DNA of 64,000 nucleotides from Macrostomum hystrix (Eukaryota; Animalia; Platyhelminthes), in the NCBI GenBank assembly GCA_950097015.1, contig CATNEN010000029.1:1860001-1924000 (forward strand). Reading direction: 5' to 3'. Positions 48,614 to 60,087 of the stretch are shown piece by piece. Every line of letters begins with the position of its first letter. Positions within the stretch are counted from its first letter, which is position 1. Under the pieces are notes generated by a model. The model was given only the letters and a program-made list of their open reading frames with translations, did no database searches and was not told the DNA's origin. The position numbers were made by a program, and so were the translations under genes.

Positions 48614-48965
48614 TGCGGGAGGGCTGCGGGCAATGACACATAATTTGGTGACACTAGACCCGCAGCCAGCGAGGAGGCAATTCTGCCCATTTCGCTGACT
48701 CCTGAGCACACACGCACACTGATACTGTACGTAGGCACACTCTCACACAGGTGTGCACATCTGCCCTGACTTTCTCATCGTCAGGCAGTGTACACTCTCA
48801 CTGTGCCTTGGAGGTTGGCCCTCAAGGGCGTAAATTGCACGACAAGCCCCCAAGCCTTCTCTCCGCGGCTGCGCCCCAAATAAATGTGGCCTCGCCGTGG
48901 AATCGAACTTAGGGACCGTGGTGCGAGTGGCAAACGCGTTAACCGCTCTGCCACCGACCCCCCCA
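48549..48965 (-). mobile_element. SINE family A, full-length copy with long (TTA)n tail
   Basis: 12-bp TSD ACATGTGTGCTA (48537-48548 / 48966-48977); (AAT)n at 48548-48612 on + is the tail. Confidence 0.92.
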
Positions 48966-48977
48966 ACATGTGTGCTA

Positions 48978-49177
48978 GGAATGTATGCTAGCTGTGCCTA
49001 GAACCGCGTGCATTGGCCCAACCAATTATCTGCCTGCGATATGTACATCGATATGCCAATCGATAGTTGCACCACCCCCTGGTTTGCTAAAATAAAAAGA
49101 TGCATGCTTGGCCAGCTGGGGCCTTACGTTTCTTCGCACCACACTAAACTACTCTCGTGCGGGCTTCATACTTTACA
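48978..49177 (+). mobile_element. Possible 5' LTR remnant of the Gypsy element
   Basis: Non-coding segment with AATAAA ending in ...TTTACA just upstream of gag. No partner LTR or clear PBS, so the boundaries are uncertain. Confidence 0.35.
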
Positions 49178-49218
49178 GCATGGGATGTCTCAAGCAGGCC
49201 CACCCCAGCTTGCCAAAC

Positions 49219-52200
49219 ATGGATCAATTCATCGCACTGCCTCCCCTGATCAATTTAGCACTACAGACCTGCAGAGCGCCGGTAAACGCTGGAGCAAATG
49301 GGCCGATCATTTTTGCGACTTTATCGATGCATCGGGCATCAATGACGAAACTCAGAAGTGCAAGCTTCTTGCCTACAATGCTGACAGGGAAATCGCACAA
49401 ATTATCAAGGACCTGGCCGACGACAAGAATCAGACGCTCAAGTCTCTGTTGGCAGCGATAAAAGAACACTTCAAGGATCGCAGCAACATCGTTTTCGCCC
49501 GCTATTAGTTTCGGCTGTGCATCCAGCAAACCGGCGAACCAGTCGAAAGCTCAAGTCAGCGGCCGAACACTGCGAGTTCTCAACGCTCAAGGACTCACTC
49601 ATCAGAGACCAAATCGTCGCGACATGCTGCTCTGACAGACTCCGCCGACAGCTGCTGCAGGAATCAGACATCCCGCTCATCGACGCACTAAAGCAAGCTC
49701 GAGCATTTGAAGCAGCAGAGCAGCAAGCCACAGCCATCGAGAACTCCTCAGGCAGCGTCGCGGCAGTGCACAGAACAGCGCCGAAGCAATACAGCGCACC
49801 TCGACAGAACAATCAACGAGTTTCGAGCGTCCCAACCAGCAGCGAACACGCCACCTGCTACCGCTGCGGCGAGCGCGGACACAGCTCGTGCGACGCCGCC
49901 AGAGGCAAAATCTGCTCGTCCTGCGGCAAGCCCAGACTGCAGGCAGCGCAGACCGCAGCCCGGCTCCAGCGTCAACGCCGTGGCCGACAGCAACGCCGAG
50001 ACAGTGCTCATCGATCCAAACTCTCTGGCGGAAGAAGCCTTCAGCATACAACCGCCAAAGCCGGCACAGAGGCCTAACTCTGCAAACACTCGCCTGCGGA
50101 TCGAAAACAAGGACTTCGTCGTGCTGGTCGACAGCGGAGCCAGCTGTAACGTCATGAGCGAGGAGAACTTCCGCCACCTTAGCGGAGCTCAGCTGCGCAG
50201 CGCCATTCACCCGATATTGAGCTACGGATCAACCTCGCCTCTGCACGTCCTGGGCATCGCCGACCTCACCGTGAGCACAGCAGCAATGAGCCAGCGAGTG
50301 CCGTTCTACATCACCAAGGGCAGCGGAACCACGCTGCTTGGCCGTGACACCGCCTTCAGCATGGGAATCCTCCACATCCAGCATCCAACAGCGGAAGTCA
50401 ACTCTGTGCAGCCGAACAAAGCCCAGGGTGCATCGGGTATTCAAACCCTGCTCACCAATCACGGAAGCATCGACAAAGACCTGCCAGCCGAGCTCCGCAT
50501 TAGCAACATCCTTGGTGAGTTTCAGTCCCTTTTCAAAGGCCTCGGCTGCGTAAAAGGCGTCGAGGTCGATGTCCGTCTGCGAGCAGAAGCTGTGCCGATT
50601 TGCAATCCTCCATCCAGGGTTCCCGTCCATCAGCGGCCAGCAGTCGTCGCCGAGCTGCAGGCCCTCCTGGACCAAGGTATCATCGAGCGCGTCAACGGTC
50701 CGTCGCCGTGGGTCTCCCGAATGGTGGTCGTCCCGAAAGAGAACGGCAGCATCCGCATCTGCCAGGACCTACGCGACGTCAACTCGTTCGCTGTCCCAGA
50801 AAAGCAGCCAATACCAACTTTCCAGGAGATCACGGACGAGATGGCGGGCTCCGCAGTCTTCAGCGAGCTCGACATCGCCAAGGCCTTTCATCAGATCGTC
50901 GTCAAGCCAGAATCTCGCCACATCTTCACGTTCAGCACTCCCCTAGGCCTGATGAGACTGACCAGGCTCAGCATGGGCTTCACCAACGCGTCCGAAATTC
51001 TGCAAAGAGTAATGACAGGCGTTCTCAGCGGCCTCCGGGGTGTCCGATGGGCGCACGATGACATCACAGTCTTCGCGAGCACTGTTGATGAGCACAACAT
51101 CCGGTTGAGAGAGTCCTGCAGCGCCTCAAGGACCACGGCATTACGCTGAACCCGGACAAGTGTCGACTAGCCCAGCCCTTCATTGGCTTCCTCGGGATGC
51201 GCATCAGTGCTAGAGGTGTTCAGCCCGCGGCTTAGAAAATCAAGGCACTGAAGGACTTCAAGGAACCGACAAGCCTGACGGAGCTGCGCTCCTTCCTCGG
51301 CTTAGCCACTTACCTGTCCAGGTTCGTCCCAAACTTCTCGGACCTGACCCAGCCGATGCGAGAGCTAAAGAAGGGTCAGACATGGTGCTGGACGGCGAAG
51401 CAACAAGAAGCATTTCAGCAAACAAGAGCCGAGATCTTCAAAGAAACCGAAAGTCCACGTTGACGCATCGCCTATCGGGCTCGGAGCCATCCTCAGCCAA
51501 GTAGACAAAGGGGTCCGCAGACCCGTCGCCTTTGCCAGCCGGTCGCTCACGCCAGTCGAACAGCGCTACGCCCAGATCGAACGTGAAGCACTCGACGTAA
51601 AATTCGGCTGCCTACGCTTTGAGCACAACCTCAGCGGCTGCCCCGATCTCACGATCTCACGGACCATCGACCGCTGGTCCCGCTGTTCCAGCCCGGGTCC
51701 AGACCTCCACCAAGGATCGAGCAAATGGCCCTACGAGTGCAGCATCTCAGCTTCAAGCGCATTTACGAGCCAGGACCGCAGAACCCAGCAGACATCCTCA
51801 ACCGGCAACCGGAGATGCAGACTAAGGACAATCCCGGAGAGCTTCTGGACAAACGCTTCATCAACGCGGTTGCCATGGGCCCAACCCCAAAGGGCCTCAG
51901 CTTCGCAGCAATTCAGGAAGCTTCAAGGACGGACAGCACAACCCAATCAGCTCTATCGTCTCTGCGAACTGGCCGATGGGACAAAGAGTCCAGGGAATTG
52001 CGCGCCTTGGCATGCCTGCAGCAGGAGCTTTCCGAGCACGACGGCGTGCTGCTCCGCGGCTCTTCCATCATCATCCCGAACAGCTTGCGTCGGACGGTGC
52101 TTCAGCTGGCCCACACAGGCCACCAGTGCTGGCGCAAGACCATGGACAGGCTTCAGACCAAGGTCTGGTGGCCAAACATGAGAAATGACAGCCAAAATTT

Positions 52201-52234
52201 CGTCCAGTCATGCCTTCTCTGCCAAGCGATGTAG
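49219..52234 (+). mobile_element. Decayed Ty3/Gypsy LTR retrotransposon gag-pol, 3'-truncated within integrase
   Basis: Gag (RWSKWADHF..., LIRDQIV, zinc knuckle CYRCGERGH), protease LVDSGAS, RT (VPKENGSIRICQDLRDVN, FSELDIAKAFHQI, AHDD), RNase H (VDASPIGLGAIL, AFASRSLT, RYAQIEREAL), integrase Zn-binding part (AHTGH...WWPNM...CLLCQ). Several frameshifts and stops; no integrase core or 3' LTR. Confidence 0.95.
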
Positions 52235-52409
52235 CGCTTTCAAAGGCTGCGTACAGCTGTTCAGTCCATGGACTGGGGAGGCTGCCAACACTCACCCAAG
52301 TTTCTAACCAAGATGATACTGGTACCCATTTTACAGCTGATTGAACTGAAGCACAAAGGATTGGGCTGAGAATCGAACTCACGACCTTACGGTTCTAACC
52401 ACTGGGCTA
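52235..52409 (-). mobile_element. SINE family B-related copy
   Basis: Shortened tRNA head, CAGCTGTAAAATGGGTACC block, palindrome CAGTCCATGGACTG at 52263-52276; abuts the Gypsy truncation point. Confidence 0.72.
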
Positions 52410-52535
52410 AAGAAGGTGGATTCCTGAGTTCGAATCCGCGGCGAGGCCACATTCATTTTTGGCGCAAAAGCGCAGAGAAGGCTTGGGCGCTGGTCGTGCA
52501 GCCTCTGTCCGTGAGGGCCAACCCCCCCTGAACTC
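52410..52535 (+). mobile_element. SINE family A-related 5' fragment
   Basis: GAGTTCGAATCCGCGGCGAGGCCACATTCATTT...GAGAAGGCTTGG...GAGGGCCAACC matches the family A body. Confidence 0.75.
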
Positions 52536-52948
52536 ACTTTCAAAGCCATCCGAGTCAGCATCGTCGAGTTATTCAGCGATTCTTGTTGAAGACCCTGGTG
52601 ACAAGGACAACTGACCTTATCTGTTAAAACCTCTATTTCGGACCCATATTTGGTTCAAAAATGAAAGATTTAACAATTTAATCAATCCAAAATAGTCAAC
52701 ATTGACAACCGAAATGGTTTCGCGATGAAATCACCAGACACCTGGACGAGAATCGTTGAATAACTCGATGTCGATGTTTTGGGATTCTGGAAGTTGTTTC
52801 ATCAGATTGAGTGGAAAATTTTAGCCAGTGTTCCGGATTTTCACGGCGATTGGTTGAATATTTTAGGAGGCACAGAAACAATGTGGGTATTTGAATATAC
52901 CCGGTCAATCTACTGTTAAGTAAGATGGAAAAAAACTGAGTAGATTAC

Positions 52949-53476
52949 CTTATCAACAGTTGCTAGGGACTCTGCAGCAATGTCTAATTCAGCCGGTCCG
53001 ACAACATCTGCATCAGCGCATGCCTCGAATGTTTCAACAAAAGCGACGACGTCCGCATTGGCTTCGCCGAATTCGCCAGTGTCCAGCTCCGAGGACGGTT
53101 GAAGCGCCGAGAGCAGCCGCTCCAGGTGGCTGTCCAGCTCGCCTGTCGGCACCAGCTGGCAGAAGAAGTCGCCGTCGAGGTCGCTGGCGCTGCAGGCCGG
53201 ATCGTGCAGCGCCCTGGCAACCACCAGGCGGACCTGCTGGCCGCTCTGCCGCAGCACCGTAGCCACCTGCTCGCTGCTCATACCGCGCACCCCAACGCCG
53301 CCGATGCAGACGATGTGATCGCCAGAGCGGAGTCGACCGTCCTGATCGGCGATGCCGCCCGGCAGGATGGTGCGAACCACCACGCCTGTGCTCTTGCTGC
53401 CGATTATGCCGAAGCCCAGCCCCGTGCCGTCGTTTAATAGGTCGATCACTTCGATCTCAGTCCAGTCCGTGTTCAA
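52949..53476 (-). CDS. MPDZ: Exon: PDZ domain (MUPP1 PDZ2-like) plus acidic linker
   Basis: [26 protein letters not shown]...[10 protein letters not shown]...; ctacag|TTG, AAG|gtaatc; 528 nt, phase 0-0. Confidence 0.93.
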
Positions 53477-53529
53477 CTGTAGGGTGGAGGGGGCAGCTGC
53501 TTGTCCCAGGTGAATGGAAGAGTTGGGAG

Positions 53530-53965
53530 CGTGGGATGGCAGGTGGGCATTAGACAAGTGATGGGATATTTGGGAGGATGGGATGGCAGGTGGGCATTAG
53601 ACAAGTGATGGGAGATTTGGGAGGGTGGGATGGCAGTTGGGGATTAGACAAGTGATGGGAGATTTGGGAGGGTGAGATGGCAGGTAGGGATTAGACAGTA
53701 GATGGGAGATTTGGGAGGGTGGGGTGGCAGGTGGGGATTAGACAAGTGATGGGAGATTTGGGAGGGTGAGATGGCAGGTAGGGATTAGACAGAAGATGGG
53801 AGATTTGGGAGGGTGAGATGGCAGGTGGGGATTAGACAAGTGATGGGAGATTTGGGAGGGTGGGATGGCAGGTGGGGATTAGACAAGTGATGGAAGATTT
53901 GGGAGGGTGGGATGGCAGGTGGGGATTAGACAGTAGACGGGAGATTTGGGGGGATGGCAGGTGGG
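53530..53965. repeat. 47-bp G-rich minisatellite
   Basis: GGGAGATTTGGGAGGGTGGGATGGCAGGTGGGGATTAGACAAGTGAT. Confidence 0.93.
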
Positions 53966-54554
53966 GAGATGACAGGATATATTTTACTGAAGTGCCGCAT
54001 CAAACAGGAAAAATGAAATTTTAAGTGTAAAATTAATTTCACAGAAGAGCGAAAAAACATGAATGTTTACTTTTTTTATTCATGTTGCTTATTTTGATAT
54101 TGGAAAAATATTAAAACCACTTTGTACTCACATGGGATTTTTAAACCATTTCAGAACATCTATTTGATTAATATAATTTTTCTTTGATTATACTTAAACT
54201 TGGGAGACTAGTGCTCATGTCTAACTGATTTCTTAACACCTCGGGCTGAGAATCGAACTCGCGACCTATCAGTCAGAATTCCTTAGCTCAGAGAAAACAG
54301 AACTGAATGGATCTAAAGCAAACAGAGAAAGGCCAGCTTCTTAAGGTAGAAGGAGTTGCATTTCAGCTAAATAAAAAATCAGCAATAGGCAGATTGAAGC
54401 AGCATTTCAAAATGGAAACACAGACTAGAGAAATGGGAAGATGTTTTAGTCAGTCGATTAGTAACTGGGTGGATGGAGGATCTAGCAATAATTCTCGTGT
54501 CTCAACCTTCGATGGCGAATGATTTATCGATCATGCGGGTAGAGTGCAGCTCAC

Positions 54555-54671
54555 TGGTACAGGGGCTCGGATGAAACCTGACGACCTAGCAGTCGATGGC
54601 GCAGTCACGATGCGGATGTCAGTGTCCGAGAGGATGGAAGCTTGGTAGAGCGATAGAGCATTAGGGTTGGA
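54555..54671 (-). CDS. MPDZ: Candidate 117-nt exon SNPNALSLYQASILSDTDIRIVTAPSTARSSGFIRAPVP
   Basis: Acceptor ctcctcag|TCC, donor CCA|gtgagc, phase 0-0, no stops, GC-rich island in an AT-rich intron; not in the ORF track. Confidence 0.6.
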
Positions 54672-55569
54672 CTGAGGAGCGCTAGCTCAACGGGAAGAGA
54701 ATCAATTGTTGAGAAAGGAATGTTATAGGGAGAATGATGATAGAGTGAAGACTGGGAATTTGGAATGCAAAAAAACTACTTCGTGTACCACAAACATGTG
54801 AGACGTTGGCGTATAAAAATAAAAAAAGAAGCCCAAATTTTTATTTGAGCGTGACAGTAAACAATGGGACAGTATATACTGCTCAATGACTTCCAGTTGA
54901 GTTCAATTTAATTTGAACTTTCTAGTTATATAGTAAGGCAGAACTCTAGTGCAGTAGGCCGCTTGTCACGAGCCATATCGACTGCAGTTTATACATGAGA
55001 TGTGTGTGTGTGTTTGTGGTGACTGCCTGGCCCCACCTTCATGGCCCACTTCAACCGCTGGCCAGGAAAGTCGCCGTTCGGGGAGGGGGGCTGCGGTTTT
55101 TGAAAGCTCAGTCAGTCGCGAATGGCCCAGGAAGAGACGGGGCGAAGGCTACTGGGGAAGCGGGGAGGAGCGGGGAGGTTTTTTTCCTGACGACTCGTGT
55201 GGGAGAACTGAAGAGCCGGTCGTTGGGAGGGGGAAGTCTGCTGGGTTCTCCCATCGGGATCTGCCCCCCATCTAGTAATTCTCCGTGACTGCCTCGGCTT
55301 GTATACCGCAGTCAGCTTGCGTCCTGCTTGGCCAGGGAGGGGAGGCGGGGTGGGTGTCGAGAGTGAAGAGCTAGGAAAAGGCCTAGGACTCCGCATAATT
55401 ATGTTATCGATTGACCGAAGCCAGCAGCCAGGTAGGTGAGCTCAGGCTTAGAAGACGCTTCTAAGGAGGCCTGAAAGGCGGCACACAGGTGCCCCGCGGC
55501 CGTGGCACAGTGTTGCCAACTTTGAAGTCCGGCGCACGAAGGTCAGAAACGCGGTGGTTGGAACACTTA

Positions 55570-55790
55570 GATAGGGGAGAGATTAGACAGGGGAGAGATG
55601 AGACAGGGGAGAGATGAGACACGGGAGAGATGAGACAGGGGAGAGATGAGACAGGGGAGAGATAAGACAGGGGAGAGATGAGACAGGGGAGAGATGAGAC
55701 AGGGGAGAGATTAGACAGGGGAGAGATGAGACAGGGGAGAGATTAGACAGGGGAGAGATGAGACAGGGGAGATGAGACACGCCATAGATT
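55570..55790. repeat. 16-bp minisatellite GGGAGAGATGAGACAG
   Basis: Same family as the 58040-58580 array. Confidence 0.93.
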
Positions 55791-55852
55791 TAACACAACA
55801 GAGTTTTAGGCTGGAAAGCCTAGGTATTGAAAACGCATAATAAAAAATATTT

Positions 55853-56225
55853 GCAGGAGGGCTGCGGGCAAAGGCACATCATTTGGTGACAATAGATCTT
55901 CAGCCAGCGAGGAGCCAATTCTGCTTATTCCGCTGACTCCTGAGCACACACGCACACAGATACTGTACGCAGGCACACACTCACACAGGTGTGTGCACCT
56001 GCCCTGACTTTCTCATCGTCAGGCAGTGTACACTTCGACTGTGCCTTAAAGGTTGGCCCTCATGGGCGTGAATTGCACGACCCCCTCTGAAGCCCACTAG
56101 CCTTTTCTCTGCAGCTGCGTCCCAAATGAATGTGGCCTCGGTGCGGAATCGAGCTCAGGGACCTTAGTGAGGGGGGCAAACCCCCTGCTGTCCGCCTGTT
56201 TGACCACTCTGCCACCGACCCCCCG
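55853..56225 (-). mobile_element. SINE family A, diverged full-length copy with an insert in the head
   Basis: Homologous to 1793-2141; degenerate TSD TTGAAAA(C/A)GC at ~55827 and ~56227. Confidence 0.88.
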
Positions 56226-56944
56226 TTGAAAAAGCTTATCAATGCGAATTTTGCAACCTGTGTGAGAGAAGTGACATCAGCGCACGCACAGAAAAAGTTT
56301 CGCACAGTACTCACTTAGAGAATAAGTGAGTACTACTGAACCTTGGCTGTGCTTAGCAACGAGTTCTCATTCTCATCTAATATGCTCACTGAACCTTGGC
56401 TAATTAGGCGTCATTTAGAAAATTGTCTGAACAGTTTAGACATTTTATTCCACTTTGGCGGCATTGCATGCTTAATTATTGGCAGATGATCAAAACTATC
56501 CTAGTGATTGACACATTGCCATCAGTCATTGCAGCCATCTTCCTGCCCCACATTGGTCGTCCTGATCGAGTTGCTGGGCAGAGTTTTTTTCTCCCAGGCC
56601 ACGTTGAAAAACGCGTTTCAGATGGGGAAGAGACGGGGCGAAGGGGGGCAGGGGAGCGGGATCGGGCACTTTTCTTCCATCTCTGGGAAATGGGAAATCG
56701 TGGGAGGGATCGGAAAATGGGAGTGAGGTGGCTGTGGGCGGCCGGGGGCGCGGGTCCCAAAGCTAATGCAGAGAATGCGGACAGCCAAGGCTTGAGTTCG
56801 GAGTCGAAGTGAGAGCTCCGTGTTGTCAAATATAGTTAACGCTAACAAGAAAGTGCAGAGTCCGATTGGAAAGTATAAAACTATTTATTTTGTCTTCATG
56901 TCTTCGATTTAACAAGTTTTGCTAGGTCGTTTTTTTGCCCTGAT

Positions 56945-57151
56945 CATCTGCCCTGACTTTCTCATCGTCAGGCAGTTTACACTTTCACTGTGCCTTGGAG
57001 GTTGGCCCTCAAGGGCGTAAATTGCACGACAAGCCGCCAAGCCTTCTCGCCGCGGCTGTGCCCCAAATGAATGTGGCCTCGCCGCGGAATCGAGCTCAGG
57101 GACCTTGGTGCGAGAGGCAAACGCGTTAGACCGCTCTGCTACCGACCCCCC
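56945..57151 (-). mobile_element. SINE family A, 5' half only
   Basis: Head and body up to the CTGCCCTGAC hairpin; 3' module absent. Confidence 0.88.
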
Positions 57152-57941
57152 GCAGTGTACGATAGGGCATCTCATTTTTTTCTCTGTCAAAGTCAAGATT
57201 AGATGCCCGAAGTTTTATTTTGCCATTCAAAGGAATTAATTACGGGGAACGGTTCCCCTAGGCCCCCATCTGCTACTAATACGAGCTCATTCGACCTTTT
57301 CGGCTTGCGACAAAAAATCGTTACACAGAAAGGCCGATTTACCTTGAGGCGTCTCCGCTATTGCTAGGGTTTAGGGAGGGTTAGGGGGAGGTCAGGCGGA
57401 TTAAAGCTTACAGCCCGGCCCAATGTCCGCTGGCAACGTCTATGGAACATAGAAAGCTAAACTATAAAGGATTTCGGAATTCGAAAATGGGAAAAAATGT
57501 AATCGAATGTGGAATGCTAGGGGAGAACTACTATGGGCGGGGAGAAATATGAGGCGGGAATGGATGCAGACAAGTTTGTAATCTAATTCGTAATATCATG
57601 CATTAGCAAGCCAACGACTTCCAGCTTTGCTTTTCCCCATAGACTGTGCTTGTCAGATTTTTTCTGCATGAAGTTTTAGCCGATGCTATGATCGTTAAAA
57701 TTCTAGCCAATAGAAAGTATCAGCGGCCGCTGATTATTTATGCCTAGTGATGCGCTTTGTTCCATCTAATTGTTCGTTAAAATATAGTCACTGACTTCCG
57801 TGTTGAGGTTGGGCCATAGACATCCATTATCTGCACGCGTTTCAATTATAGACATAGTCATTATCTGCATTCTCGAGAGCATTTGTCTATGGTAGGAAGT
57901 GAATCTCTTCCCACTCTGCCTACGCGGTTAATCCCATAGAC

Positions 57942-58679
57942 CAGGCGTCGGCAAACTTATTAGCTAGCGGGCCAAAAAGAGAACCTAAAAGACGACAGCG
58001 GGCCGCATTGACTGTAGAAATATAAGAGAAATATATCAGAGATAGGGAGAGATGAGACACGAGAGAGATGAGACACGGGAGAGATGAGACACGGGAGAGA
58101 TGAGACACGGGAGAGATGAGAAACGGGAGAGATGAGACACGGGAGAGATGAGACACGGGAGAGATGAGACACGGGAGAGATGAGACACGGGAGAGATGAG
58201 ACACGGGAGAGATGAAACACGGGAGAGATGAGACACGGGAGAGATGAGACACGGGAGAGATGAGACAGCGGAGAGATGAGACACGGGAGAGATGAGACAG
58301 CGGAGAGATGAGACACGGGAGAGATGAGACACGGGAGAGATGAGACACAGGAGAGATGACACACGGGAGAGATGAGACACGGGAGAGATGAGACAGCGGA
58401 GAGATGAGACACGGGAGAGATGAGACACGGGAGAGATGAGACACAGGAGAGATGACACACGGGAGAGATGACACACGGGAGAGATGGAGACATGGGATAG
58501 ATAAGACACGGGAGAGACGAGACACAGGAGAGATGACACACCGGAGAGGTGACACACAGGGGAGATGAGACAGGGGAAAGATAAAACAGGATACTGTAGG
58601 TGTCGACAAGGGGAACGGGCCGGATTTGGGAGCTTCGAGGGCCGCATCTCGCCCGCGTGCCGGAGTTTGCCGACCTCTG
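57942..58679. mobile_element. hAT (Charlie/Buster-like) non-autonomous element containing a 16-bp minisatellite
   Basis: TIRs CAGGCGTCGGCAAACT / AGTTTGCCGACCTCTG (14/16), subterminal GCGGGCC motifs, exact 8-bp TSD CCATAGAC (57934-57941 / 58680-58687). Confidence 0.88.
58040..58580. repeat. 16-bp minisatellite GGGAGAGATGAGACAC inside the hAT element
   Basis: Direct reading. Confidence 0.95.
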
Positions 58680-59772
58680 CCATAGACTAAATCACGCAGC
58701 AAAGTTTTACTGTTGCTGTAATGACATAAACACAAAAATATACTGCAGAAAAACTCATCAATGATCATTGCCCATCTCCCAAGCGCAGATGCTACTACTC
58801 GTAGAAGCAGCTTTAAATTACTCGTAGTTCGTTGGAATTCGATAAGACAGAGGGAGCGCCAGATGAAGCTGGGAATTTTCAACTCACAAGTTCCCAAGCG
58901 CAGGCTCTCTCTCTAGTTTTAAGCCTTTCCTGGCTTACCAATTAAGCTTCCATTTTAACGAACGCGGCCGCGCTTTTCCCCAGAGGGGGCGGGACGGGAG
59001 GAGGAGAGGGGAGAGAGGATGGGGGAGCATTTTTTTGTTAAAGTACACGCAGCAACAGACTCAAAAATGCCCACTCCGTGAGAATTTCTTCTTCGCTGGT
59101 TGAAATCAAATCAGCTAGCCTATATAGGGCCTTGAAGATTCATCAACTCACACGGCCTGCATTCCAGGTGTGCCCTGCACCTTTTTAGTAGACTTAAGAG
59201 CTTCACACGCACGCGAATAAGGACACACCCCAAGGGCTTACTGAACAAGGACTATGAGTGCTACGTGTATATACTTCATTGGTCACATTGTCGACCATCG
59301 CCTTTATCAAAGATTCGAACTCACGACTCGTTGATGCGTGATTCGGCCAAGGTTAGTTTGTGTTGCGATCAATCTGTGCCAGTCTGTTGTGTTAGATTAA
59401 TGGTCAGTTAGTCAGTTAGTTATTTAATGAGGCCTCTAATGAGGTCCGAGCTAGCCTGATTAACTCCTTTGTGCGGGTGACGCGCCAGTCGTCGAAGGGG
59501 CGGCAAAGTCCGGTTTAGGGATGCGGCAAATTTCCTATTAAAAAATCCTCAGGCTTCGAGGAAATCGGTCGGTGCGTATTTACACCGAGATAAAAATATC
59601 CGCAACTATTGAAAACTGAGCTGCTTTGTGACCTGACTCGTCCGTCTATTTTTAGCAAAGGCATTCATTGTAAAATTTCCTAACATATATCGTAGAATTT
59701 CTCAACAGTGCGCTTGGGAAATAGGCAGTTAGGCTGCCGGCCCCATCTCTATGGCCTTCTCGACGAAACTCG

Positions 59773-60087
59773 GCGGGCAATGGCACATCATTTGGTGACA
59801 CTGGACCCGCAGCCAGCGAGGAGGCAATTTTGCCCATTTCGCTAACTCCTGAGCACACACGCACACAGATACTGTACGCAGGCACACACTCACACAGGTG
59901 TGTACATCTGCCCTGACTTTCTCATCGTCAGGCAGTGTACACTCTCACTGTGCCTTGGAGGTTGCATGGCCCTAAAGGTCGTAAATTGCACGACAAGCCC
60001 TCAAGCCTTCTCTCCGCGGCTGCGACCCAAATGAATGTGGCCTCGCCGCGGAATCGGGCTCAGGGACCTTGGTGCGAGAGGCAAACG
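59773..60087 (-). mobile_element. SINE family A, lacking the A-box end
   Basis: Near-identical to the other copies from the anticodon region to the 3' module. Confidence 0.88.

Noticed and set aside
49160-49200. Possible degenerate tRNA-Leu primer-binding site (..ACAGCATGGGAT)
   Set aside because: Too little match to TGGTGTCAGAAGTGGGAT to call.
54307-54522. ORF starting MDLKQTEKGQLLKVEGVAFQLNKK, faintly like a FLYWCH/MULE N-terminus
   Set aside because: No following W-x-C or Cys/His ligands, short and unsupported; would need an HMM hit.
57360-57390. TTAGGG-like hexamers (also 13746, 37520, 41975, 54661)
   Set aside because: Only one or two scattered units each; not an interstitial telomeric array.
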